Assembly: GCA_046581755.1 (NCBI GenBank)
Contig: JAYGFR010000014.1
Coordinates: 1-34,733 of the forward strand
Source: Nitrospinota bacterium
GTDB lineage: Bacteria > UBA8248
Length of the DNA stretch: 34,733 nt
Direction: 5' to 3'
In this document: positions 18,957 through 27,394 of the stretch, one piece after another
Layout of the letters: every line of letters starts with the position of its first letter
Position numbering within the stretch: the stretch's first letter is position 1
Notes under the pieces: model-generated
The model's database searches: none
Seen by the model: the letters and a program-made list of their open reading frames with translations, nothing else
Told to the model about the DNA's origin: nothing
Program-made: the position numbers and the translations under genes

Positions 18957-18981
18957 AAAAAAAACCGGGGAATCCCCCCGG
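18957..18981 (-). terminator. Intrinsic terminator for the ispH transcript
   Basis: CCGGGG/CCCCGG stem with A8 on its left, giving a U-tract on the minus strand. Confidence 0.6.
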
Positions 18982-19066
18982 CGCACCGGCCTTGTTCCGC
19001 TCCCGGGGGCCGCCCTTCCACCCGGGGGCCGCCGCCCTGCCATCCCCCCGATTGCCTGGGCCGCCG

Positions 19067-20785
19067 TTAGCCCACCAATAGCGCCAAAAGCCCCGCACAG
19101 ATGAATTGCATGTCCACGATGGCCTCGGTCAGTCCGCTATGGCCGATGATTTTCCGCTGATAGAGCCATATTCCCAGGCCCGCCAAAGCCACCGGAGCCA
19201 GCATCGCCAGCCCGATTCCCTGACCCACCCATCCATTCACGACGCCCGCCAGCAGCATGACCCCCAGGGCGGCGCAAACCACCCACAACAAATCCTCCGT
19301 TTGGCTCTTGCCGAAAGCGATCGGGAGCGTCCGCTTGCCCACGATCCGGTCTCCCTGGATATCCCGCAGCTCAATGATCCCGAAACGGAGCAATGCCATG
19401 CCGAAGGCGAACACCAGCCCGATAATCCAGCCCGCGCCGGCTAGCTCCGAATAGGCCAGAACCGGTATGACCGCCAGCGAGACCGGCCACCCGCCAATAA
19501 CGACCAGCGACTTGGAGGCGGGAAATTTCATGACCCGGCCCCCCTTCAGCGTCCGAGGCTCCAGGCGAAGGCTGTAGAAAACACCGAGCGCAATTCCGGC
19601 GGCCAATCCCACAATCACCGAAGGGCCCCAAGCCAGGCCCAGCGCCAAGGACAACCCCCCTGCCACCCCGCTCGCCGCGAGGAGGCGGCCTCGATACTTT
19701 TCGTAGAAATGCGCCCGGTTCGGCTCGTTGAACCGATCCGCCTCGAAGCTCATGCAGCGGTTTATCGTGTGCATCGAAAAAAGATACAGGGCAGTCACCG
19801 TGACCAGCCCGGCGTCCACGGGATATCCACCCAGGGTCAGCGTGGCGATCGAGGCCATCGAGGCGGCCAGCAAGAGCAAGACGTTCGATCGTGAAAGCAC
19901 CTTGATGCCCTGAAAGATTTTATCGGCAAGGCGGGGGACCGGGTCCGGAATCGATTCGATGCGGTTCACCACGCGGCGAATCATCCAATCGGGCGTGGAC
20001 GCCCCAGCCGTCACGCCGATGCTTTTAAATTTTCGGACGAATTCCGGGTCGATCTCCTCTTCGATCTCGATCAGCAGCGAAGTCACACCCTCCTCCTTGG
20101 CCACCTCCGCCAGCCGGGCCGTGTTGCCGCTGTTCCTGCCGCCGACGATGATCATCAGATCCACATCGGGCGCGATTTCGCGAACATCGTCCTGGCGCAC
20201 CTCGGTCGCATCGCAGATGGTATTGAACATCTGCGCCCGGGGGTATCGGGAGTGGAGAGTCTCCACAACCTCGCTCCAATCGCCCATATTAATCGTGGTC
20301 TGGGCCACGACGATGACATCTTCGACGTCCTTTGGAATTTTTTCGAGATCATCGGCGCAGGTCACCAGGGTATGGCCCGCTTCGGAATACCCCATATGAC
20401 CTTCCACCTCGGGATGCCCTTCCTCGCCGATGATGATGGTGTGCGACCCCAGGCGCGAATGCTTGCGGATGATTCCATGTACCTTGGCCACGAGCGGGCA
20501 GGTCGCATCGCGGATTCCCGCGCCCGATTTCCGGAGCGTGTTCCTCACCTGGGGGGATATTCCATGCGCCCGGATCACGAGGAGGCCGTTGTCGGCGGGC
20601 GCGCCCGAGGGGTCGTAGGCAGTAATATTTTTTTTCTCGAGCAAATCGACGGTTTGCGGATTGTGAATCAGGGGGCCGTGCGTGAATACGGGCCCGTCCG
20701 ATTCATTGGCCGTATCGAGCACAATATCGAGGGCGCGCTCGACGCCCCAGCAAAAACCCGCGGATTTGGCCAGCTTTACGCGCAT
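19067..20785 (-). CDS. ispH: IspH (LytB) fused to a C-terminal UbiA-like membrane domain, 572 aa
   Basis: GFCWGV, GPLIHNP, IRAHG, DATCPLV, HPEV, NTICDAT, GGRNSGNT, AGASTP; then multiple TM helices with ELRDIQGDRIVGKRTLP (UbiA second Asp-rich motif). Confidence 0.92.
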   Translation of the reverse strand: MRVKLAKSAGFCWGVERALDIVLDTANESDGPVFTHGPLIHNPQTVDLLEKKNITAYDPSGAPADNGLLVIRAHGISPQVRNTLRKSGAGIRDATCPLVAKVHGIIRKHSRLGSHTIIIGEEGHPEVEGHMGYSEAGHTLVTCADDLEKIPKDVEDVIVVAQTTINMGDWSEVVETLHSRYPRAQMFNTICDATEVRQDDVREIAPDVDLMIIVGGRNSGNTARLAEVAKEEGVTSLLIEIEEEIDPEFVRKFKSIGVTAGASTPDWMIRRVVNRIESIPDPVPRLADKIFQGIKVLSRSNVLLLLAASMASIATLTLGGYPVDAGLVTVTALYLFSMHTINRCMSFEADRFNEPNRAHFYEKYRGRLLAASGVAGGLSLALGLAWGPSVIVGLAAGIALGVFYSLRLEPRTLKGGRVMKFPASKSLVVIGGWPVSLAVIPVLAYSELAGAGWIIGLVFAFGMALLRFGIIELRDIQGDRIVGKRTLPIAFGKSQTEDLLWVVCAALGVMLLAGVVNGWVGQGIGLAMLAPVALAGLGIWLYQRKIIGHSGLTEAIVDMQFICAGLLALLVG

Positions 20786-20905
20786 TGTTTGAAACTCCAG
20801 AAAAAAAGGCGGAACCGGCGCCAACGCCCCTCCGCATTCAACGCCGTTATCGGGGGGAGTTTATCGCCTGAAAAATAGGTATGCAATAGCGCAAACCGGA
20901 GAACT

Positions 20906-21445
20906 TTATCCAGAACCGGCGAGGTGAAACTTTCCCTCGAAAATAACCGCCTTCGGCGCGGCTCCCTCCAGGCCGAATATGCGAAACCTCCCCTCCTCCG
21001 TCCCAAGGATCGCCTCGGCGTAGGATTGCGGCAGGGAAAACCGCTTGGGGCCGCAACTTCCCGGATTAAAAAAGACAACGCCGCCCTCTTGCCGGCACAA
21101 GGGTTGGTGCGTGTGGCCGAAAACAAGGAGGTTGGCATTTTCGCCCGATAGAAGATCCCGCACCTCGCCCGAGGGGCCTTCTCCCGCCCAGACAATATGC
21201 TGGACCAAAATGCGCCATCTCCCCACCTGGACCCGCGCGCGCATGGGCGCGATATCCCTGCGGTCCACATTTCCGCACACCGCCGTCACCGGAGCGATGG
21301 CGCCCAGGGCCATGAGGATTTCGTCCGCCCCCGCATCGCCCGCATGAATAATATGATCCGCCCCCTCGCATGCGCGAAGCACGGCATCGGGCAAGCTGCC
21401 ATGCGTGTCCGAGAGGATCATCACGCGGCGGCTACCGGGCTCCAT
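20906..21445 (-). CDS. YfcE/MJ0936-type metallophosphoesterase
   Basis: SDTHG, IIHAGD, VCGNVD, VFGHTH, FNPGS. Confidence 0.9.
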   Translation of the reverse strand: MEPGSRRVMILSDTHGSLPDAVLRACEGADHIIHAGDAGADEILMALGAIAPVTAVCGNVDRRDIAPMRARVQVGRWRILVQHIVWAGEGPSGEVRDLLSGENANLLVFGHTHQPLCRQEGGVVFFNPGSCGPKRFSLPQSYAEAILGTEEGRFRIFGLEGAAPKAVIFEGKFHLAGSG

Positions 21446-21454
21446 CTCGCCTCT

Positions 21455-21598
21455 TCACCGGCGGCCGGTCCACGACAGGGAATGAACCTTCCCCGGGCCT
21501 AGGTCGTAGAGAATGAACCCATCGTCCACCTCGCGGCACATAATACCAGCCCGGCCTTGGGGGCGATCTGTAATATTTTCCAAGTCAATATTAATCAT
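21455..21598 (-). pseudogene. Truncated PqqD/RRE-like ORF (47 aa), below the ORF-track cutoff
   Basis: MINIDLENITDRPQGRAGIMCREVDDGFILYDLGPGKVHSLSWTGRR* matches the beta-sheet half of PqqD-family domains; the helical half is absent. Confidence 0.55.
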
Positions 21599-21774
21599 GT
21601 GTTTATATATATATTCCTAACTTAATACATAAAGCATACGCGCCTCTGAAAGAGGCCACTTCGGCTCCTCGCGCGCGCGCCGGCTCCAACAAATCTAATC
21701 CCTTCCGCCGGACATTTCCACCCTTCCCTCCCGCTGGTGGCTGGAGGCTGCGGCCGCCAGATGGCGAACATCCT

Positions 21775-22524
21775 CTAGGAAAATTTCATGCTCTTCACGA
21801 AGGCGTCGAACACCCGCAGGCCGCTCTCGAAAGCCGCCACGTGATCGATATAGTAGAATTCATAAAGCTTCCCGCCCCGGAGAAAAACCACCACCTTCCC
21901 CCGGTAGTTGGCCATATAGGCGGGGGTGAGCTGGGCGGCCCGGAACGCCCGCTCGGCCTTGATCTCATCCGCCTTCCGGGGGCCCCCAAAGGGCTGGGTG
22001 CGCTCCAGCGCCCTCCTCGCCTCCTCGCGCGCCCGAAGCGTGGGACGGCGGCCCATCGATCCCCTCAGGAGGAATTCGGCCCGCTCCACTCCCTCCCCGG
22101 TCTCGAAGCGGAGGGCCCGCTCGAACGGAAGAAACTTGCCGTCCACCACGGGCCGCATGTTGGTATGAGGGGTGCTCAACATCCGGCGATAGATGTACCG
22201 AAGTTCGTCGATCATCTTGCCTTCGCCGGGGTAATGCCTGGGAAGAACCTGGAGGGAAATGACTCCGCCCGTATAGGGATTATCGAAATAGAGTACCGAT
22301 GTCGAGGGATCGTTGAGCGCAAGAATATTGGCGACATCGGGCGTGCGCCGCCAAGGCTCGCCCGGCGGAGGGGTAATCTTGAAACCATGCCAGGCCGACT
22401 CGAATTTCGAGCCAACGCTGCCCCCTCGGGCGCAACCCGATAAAAGGGCCAAAAGAAGGGCCGCGAATAGCCAGGACCTCGAACACAAATATTTTCGGTC
22501 GATTCGCTTCGAAATGGTTTTCAA
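21775..22524 (-). CDS. Lipoprotein, possible PsbP/DcrB-like fold
   Basis: Lipobox LLSGC after a hydrophobic stretch; FKITPP near the N-terminus and KLYEFYY...FDAFVKSMKF at the C-terminus are typical of PsbP/DcrB-like domains. Confidence 0.6.
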   Translation of the reverse strand: MKTISKRIDRKYLCSRSWLFAALLLALLSGCARGGSVGSKFESAWHGFKITPPPGEPWRRTPDVANILALNDPSTSVLYFDNPYTGGVISLQVLPRHYPGEGKMIDELRYIYRRMLSTPHTNMRPVVDGKFLPFERALRFETGEGVERAEFLLRGSMGRRPTLRAREEARRALERTQPFGGPRKADEIKAERAFRAAQLTPAYMANYRGKVVVFLRGGKLYEFYYIDHVAAFESGLRVFDAFVKSMKFS

Positions 22525-22551
22525 ACGGCTAATCCGTACCTGCGATCGATA

Positions 22552-24660
22552 TTAACGAGAAGACTTGGAAGTGGCCGGAAAACGGCGGCCTTCCGAGCGA
22601 AAAATCTGGTCCGGACGCCGGGCCGACGAGCCCGAATAACGGGTGGGAGCCGTCCCCCGGAGAAACACCTCGAAACCCACCTTTCGGCTCGCCCGCGTCG
22701 CGCGCAGCCCGGTTTCCCGATCGATTCGCACAAATTCCACATCGGGCGGGGGCAGAAAGGCCTCCACGGGCGTCCCTTTCGCGGCCTCGGCGAAAAAATC
22801 CACGAATATCGGAGCGGCGTTCCGCCCCCCCGTCTCCGCGTACCCCAGGGACCGGGGCAAATCGAACCCCACCCAAATGCCCGCGACCAGGTTCGGTGAG
22901 TAGCCGATAAACCAATTGTCGCGGAATTCATTCGTCGTTCCGGTCTTGGCCGCGATCGGCCTTTTGAGTGCCAGCGCCCTCCAGCCCGTTCCGTGCTCGA
23001 CCACCCCTTTCAACATTTGGGTGATGACGTAGGCCACCCCGGGGCGGATGGCCTCCGATGGGCGGATGGAATGCCGGGAGAGCATCTTGCCGGTGGAATC
23101 CTCCACGCGCAAGATGGCGAATGGCTGGTTATAAAATCCCTTGTTGGCGAAAACCGAATAGGCGGACACCATCTCCTTGAGGGTGGTCACGGAGCTTCCC
23201 AACGCGCTCGACATCGTGGGGGAAATGGGACTCTTGATGCCCAAGGAGCGCGCGAAATCGATCACCCGCCTCAACCCGACGGCCCGGACCAGCCGGACAC
23301 TGACCGTGTTGCGGCTCGCCGCCAGCGCGTCCTTGAGGGAAAGCTGGCCCCGGAAGTTTCGGCCATAGTTTCTGGGTTTCCAGTCCGGCCGCCCAGAGCC
23401 GCCATCGAGCACGAGCGGCGCGTCGAGGATGGAATCCACGGGCGTAAATCCGTTGCGAATCGCGGCCGCATAGACAATGGGCTTGAAAGCGCTTCCCGGC
23501 TGCCGGAGAGCCTGCACCGAGCGGTTGAATTTACTTTTCTTGAAATCCAGTCCGCCCACCATCGCCTGTATCGCGCCAGTTTGTGGATGAATCGCCAGGA
23601 GCGCCGCCTCGGGGCTCCGCCAGGATGGATCCTGCGCCCTTTGGCGCCACCGGCGCCTGACGAGGGCTTTCACCCCCTTTTGGACGGCGGATTCGGCCGC
23701 CTTTTGATAGCGGAGATTCAGTGTCGTATACACCCGGAGCCCGCCCCGATAGAGGCGTTCGGTCCCGAACGTATCCTCCAGCTGGCGGCGCACATACTCG
23801 ACGAAATGGCTGCCAACGCGAATCCGCGCCGGAGATCGGAGACGGAAGGGACGCTTGGCGAGGCCCGCCGCATTTTTCGGGTCCAAATATCCCGCCGCGG
23901 CCATCCTCCGAAGAACGTGCGCCCTCCGCGCGAGGGAGGGGCCCGGATCCTCGAACGGCCGGTACCTTCCCGGCGCCTGAACGAGTCCGGCCAGAAGAGC
24001 CGCCTCCTCCGCGATCAGTTCACTCGCTTCCTTGTCGAAATACGTCCTCGCGGCGGCGGCGACTCCGTAGGCACCGCGCCCGAAATAGACCAGATTCAGG
24101 TAGCGCTCGAGGATTTCATCCTTCGATAGCGAGAGTTCGAGCCGCACCGCCGAGATGGCCTCGATGATTTTCCGCCTCAGCGTCCTCTCCCGCTTGAGCA
24201 CGAGGAGCCGGACCAGTTGCTGGGTCAATGTCGAGGCTCCCTGCCTGATCTTCCCTTTCCGAAGATTGCTGAAAGCGGCGCGTGCGATTCCGAGGGGATC
24301 GATCCCCCAGTGCGTGTAGAAGCGCACGTCCTCGACAGCGACGATGGCCTGCCGCATCACCGGCGCCACGTCGTCCAAATCGAGCAGCCGCCTGCGTTCG
24401 GCGGCAAAGCTCCCGATCAGTTCGCCCTTGGCGTCATAAATGAATGTGGCCAGGCTGGCCTTGTGAACCAGAATCGTATCCGTGGAAGGGATATCGTCCT
24501 TCACCCATGAATAGATACCTCCGGTGATGGAGGCGGGGAGGAGAAAAAAAACGGCGATCAAGGCGATGGCAAATCCGCTCAGAATCCGGACTGGCTTTAT
24601 GGTCTTTCCGACGAAAAAGGAATATGCGGAAGGCGAGGGGTTTTTTCGGAATATCCGCAT
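22552..24660 (-). CDS. Class A penicillin-binding protein (PBP1A family)
   Basis: TM anchor; transglycosylase EDVRFYTHWG and GASTLTQQL; transpeptidase SAFK, SRN, KTGT. Confidence 0.95.
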   Translation of the reverse strand: MRIFRKNPSPSAYSFFVGKTIKPVRILSGFAIALIAVFFLLPASITGGIYSWVKDDIPSTDTILVHKASLATFIYDAKGELIGSFAAERRRLLDLDDVAPVMRQAIVAVEDVRFYTHWGIDPLGIARAAFSNLRKGKIRQGASTLTQQLVRLLVLKRERTLRRKIIEAISAVRLELSLSKDEILERYLNLVYFGRGAYGVAAAARTYFDKEASELIAEEAALLAGLVQAPGRYRPFEDPGPSLARRAHVLRRMAAAGYLDPKNAAGLAKRPFRLRSPARIRVGSHFVEYVRRQLEDTFGTERLYRGGLRVYTTLNLRYQKAAESAVQKGVKALVRRRWRQRAQDPSWRSPEAALLAIHPQTGAIQAMVGGLDFKKSKFNRSVQALRQPGSAFKPIVYAAAIRNGFTPVDSILDAPLVLDGGSGRPDWKPRNYGRNFRGQLSLKDALAASRNTVSVRLVRAVGLRRVIDFARSLGIKSPISPTMSSALGSSVTTLKEMVSAYSVFANKGFYNQPFAILRVEDSTGKMLSRHSIRPSEAIRPGVAYVITQMLKGVVEHGTGWRALALKRPIAAKTGTTNEFRDNWFIGYSPNLVAGIWVGFDLPRSLGYAETGGRNAAPIFVDFFAEAAKGTPVEAFLPPPDVEFVRIDRETGLRATRASRKVGFEVFLRGTAPTRYSGSSARRPDQIFRSEGRRFPATSKSSR

Positions 24661-24675
24661 CAGACTTCCTGCCTA

Positions 24676-27285
24676 TTAGGTGAGATCGACGCGGCGCTCC
24701 GCTTCCTGGAGGACAGCGCGCAACTCGCTGATCCGGACATTCGCGCGATCGAGAACGTCTTTTTCCACGACCAGCGATTCGTATTTGGCCCGAACGTCCT
24801 CGGAAAGAAGACCCAAATCCTTGACTCGCTCCTCCACCTCGGCAACTTTATCCATCTGCTGGGCAACGCCCGCGCCCCGTTCTTCCACTTGCTGGAAAAT
24901 GTCGCGCAGCTCGTCAATTTGAAGTTCGATTTCGTGAAGGGTCTGCCGGTCGTTGACGAGCTCGCGGATATTGGTGTGAATTTCCCGCACCCCCAGCTTG
25001 AGGGTGCTCAACTCCTCCTGGGCAGCTCCCACCTCGGCCTTGTTTTGAATCAACTCCTCGATGCCCTCCTCGAGGCTCGACGAGTCTCGATCCAGCGCCG
25101 AGATGCGCTTTTCGATCTGTGAAATTCGCTCTTCTTCCTGATCGAGGTTCTCAATATGGGTCTGGAGGTTGGCCGCCATGACGCTGACGCCCTCGATTTT
25201 CTCTTCCTGCTCGCGCATGCGCAGGCGCAACTCATCCACCTTTGATTCGCCCGCCTGGAGATCCTTGAGCCCCTCATCGAGCTTGGCCAGAAACTCGGTC
25301 ACTTGCTCTATCGTCCGCTGGGCCTCCCGAACGCTGGCCAATTGCACCTCGCCCTGCTCGAACGACTCATTAAACTGATTCATGAGCCCTTGAAGGCGCT
25401 TTTCCTGGGCCTCGAATCCGGTGCGCTCTTTTGTGACGTCGAGGATTCTCTCCTCGATTTGCTCCAAGAGGACATGCAGTTGTTCGAGGCGGGACCCAAC
25501 GCGGTCAACATACTCCTCGCGGCGTTGAAGCTTATCGATCTTCAGGTTGGATTCTTCGATGAAATACTGGAGCGCCTCGAGGCGTTTTTCCATCCGATCG
25601 ACTTCGCCGTGCCGTTCGAGCTGCTTCTCGATTTTGTCGTCCAGGTGGACGATGCTCGAAGATAGCTGCTGAATTCGCCCTTCGACATGCTCCACCAAAC
25701 GGATGCGGTCCTGGATTTCATCGAGTTTTTGCCGCAACTGATTCATGAACCCTTGAAAGCGCTTTTCCTGGGCCTCGAATTCGGCGCGCTCTTTTGTGAC
25801 GTCGAGGATTCTCTCCTCGATTGGCTCCAAGCGGTCAACATACTCCTCGAGGCGGGCTTCAACGCGCTCAACATACTCCTCGCGGCGTTGAAGCTTATCG
25901 ATCTTCAGGTTGGATTCTTCGATGAAATACTGGAGCGCCTCGAGGCGTTTTTCCATCCGATCGACTTCCCCGTGCCGTTCGATCTGCTCCTCGATTTTGT
26001 CGTCCAGGTGGACGGTGCTCGAAGATAGCTGCTGAATTCGCTCTTCGACATGCTCCACCAAACGGACGCGGTCCTGGATTTCATCGAGTTTTTGCCGCAA
26101 CGCCTCGTCGATTTCCCTGATTTGATTTCCACGCTCCTCCGCCTCTTCGGCAACCTTGAGGCCCTCGGGAATTGCGTTGAGTTGCTCCTGAAGCTCGCGG
26201 GCGCTCACATGGTAGTCCTGAATCATGCGCCTGAGCGTGGCGGATTCGTCGAGTTCGCGTTTGAGCCGGCCGGCCCGCCGCTCCACTTCGTTCGCCAGGA
26301 AATCGCGCAACGAATGGACATTTTCCCATATCTCCTCGACCTCCCGGCGCTCATCGCGCACGCGCTGAATCTCTTTTTCGAGGTTTTCGTTCTGGTTTTC
26401 CAGCGCCTGAATCCGCGAGCTCGTTCTTAAGAGAGCGTCGTTCTTCGAAAGAATATTCTGGCTTTCGATGCGCATGCTCTCGAGCGCCGGCTTTACCGTG
26501 TCGAGTTCGCCGCGCAACGTCTCCACCTGGGAGACGCGCTCGTTCAACTCGTTGAGAGACTGTTCCATCTCGTTGAGCGAGCGCCTGAAGTTGGTGCTCC
26601 GCTTCGAGAAATTCTCGAATACCAGCTTTTCGCGATCGACCTGAACGAGCTTTTCGCCGAAATCCTGCGAGAAGACGTTGAGTTGGGCCACCTTGGAATT
26701 GACTTCGGTAATGAGGCCGCGAAGCTGGAACGCCTCGTCGATTTTCCCCCGGACGTTTTCGTATATCCCCTCGAGCTTGGCCACGCCTTTCTCGGTCCGC
26801 TTGACCAGCTTGTTCTCTTCCTGGAGATTTTTGATCTTCGATTCCATCTCCCAGAGAAGAACGTTCAGCTTGCCCGCTTCTTCGTTGGATTTCTCGACCA
26901 CTTCGCGCTGTTGGTTCATGCTTCGGGTCTTGGCGAGAACGTGTTCGGACAAGACATTGAGGCCGTCGATGTCCATCTTGGACTTTCGGATGTACTCATC
27001 GAGTTTCTGGAATTGGCTTTCCGAATCCGCGATCTTGGCATCCATTTTTTCGAAAGTTTCGCTGCGCTTTTCGGACCGGGAGAGCCGGGTTTCGAGCTCG
27101 GTGATTCGGTTCTCGGTCTCATCCAGCTGGCTCCGCTTCGCGGCAAGCTCCTCGGCTTTGAGATTGAGAAGATCCGCCGCTTTTTCGAGCCGTGCCCGTT
27201 CTTCTTCGCTTTCTTTCAAAAGTTTTCGGGTGAGGTTCTCTTCGGTCGATAGAGGAGTGGTGGAATCCTCGGGGACATCGTTCAT
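24676..27285 (-). CDS. 869-aa all-coiled-coil cytoplasmic protein with 31-residue periodicity
   Basis: E/K/R/L-rich, few Pro or Gly, no Walker motifs, no TM segment; GGAGGA RBS; consecutive 31-aa units can be aligned by eye. Confidence 0.85.
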   Translation of the reverse strand: MNDVPEDSTTPLSTEENLTRKLLKESEEERARLEKAADLLNLKAEELAAKRSQLDETENRITELETRLSRSEKRSETFEKMDAKIADSESQFQKLDEYIRKSKMDIDGLNVLSEHVLAKTRSMNQQREVVEKSNEEAGKLNVLLWEMESKIKNLQEENKLVKRTEKGVAKLEGIYENVRGKIDEAFQLRGLITEVNSKVAQLNVFSQDFGEKLVQVDREKLVFENFSKRSTNFRRSLNEMEQSLNELNERVSQVETLRGELDTVKPALESMRIESQNILSKNDALLRTSSRIQALENQNENLEKEIQRVRDERREVEEIWENVHSLRDFLANEVERRAGRLKRELDESATLRRMIQDYHVSARELQEQLNAIPEGLKVAEEAEERGNQIREIDEALRQKLDEIQDRVRLVEHVEERIQQLSSSTVHLDDKIEEQIERHGEVDRMEKRLEALQYFIEESNLKIDKLQRREEYVERVEARLEEYVDRLEPIEERILDVTKERAEFEAQEKRFQGFMNQLRQKLDEIQDRIRLVEHVEGRIQQLSSSIVHLDDKIEKQLERHGEVDRMEKRLEALQYFIEESNLKIDKLQRREEYVDRVGSRLEQLHVLLEQIEERILDVTKERTGFEAQEKRLQGLMNQFNESFEQGEVQLASVREAQRTIEQVTEFLAKLDEGLKDLQAGESKVDELRLRMREQEEKIEGVSVMAANLQTHIENLDQEEERISQIEKRISALDRDSSSLEEGIEELIQNKAEVGAAQEELSTLKLGVREIHTNIRELVNDRQTLHEIELQIDELRDIFQQVEERGAGVAQQMDKVAEVEERVKDLGLLSEDVRAKYESLVVEKDVLDRANVRISELRAVLQEAERRVDLT
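25375..26100 (-). repeat. Near-identical 363-bp tandem duplication (25738-26100 and 25375-25737)
   Basis: LRQKLDEIQDR...QEKRxQGxMNQ occurs twice, 121 aa each; TTTGCCGCAA ends at 26100 and at 25737. Confidence 0.95.
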
Positions 27286-27394
27286 GGCTTATCCTCCGCC
27301 GGTGGGCGGTTCAAAATCCCCCACTGTATGATGAAATCAACCAAACGCGTTGATTTACAAAACCTAACGAATTGGCCACCTCAAGTCAATTCGG

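Noticed and set aside
20906..21598. Sec read-through fusing the PqqD-like ORF to the phosphoesterase
   Set aside because: The UGA is not at a Cys-equivalent position, I see no convincing SECIS, and the phosphoesterase has its own GAGG RBS; in-frame placement has a one-in-three chance.
24676..27285. SMC/SbcC annotation, or a hendecad reading of the 121-aa repeat (11 x 11)
   Set aside because: No Walker A/B, signature or hinge; hydrophobic positions align on 31-residue units, not 11.
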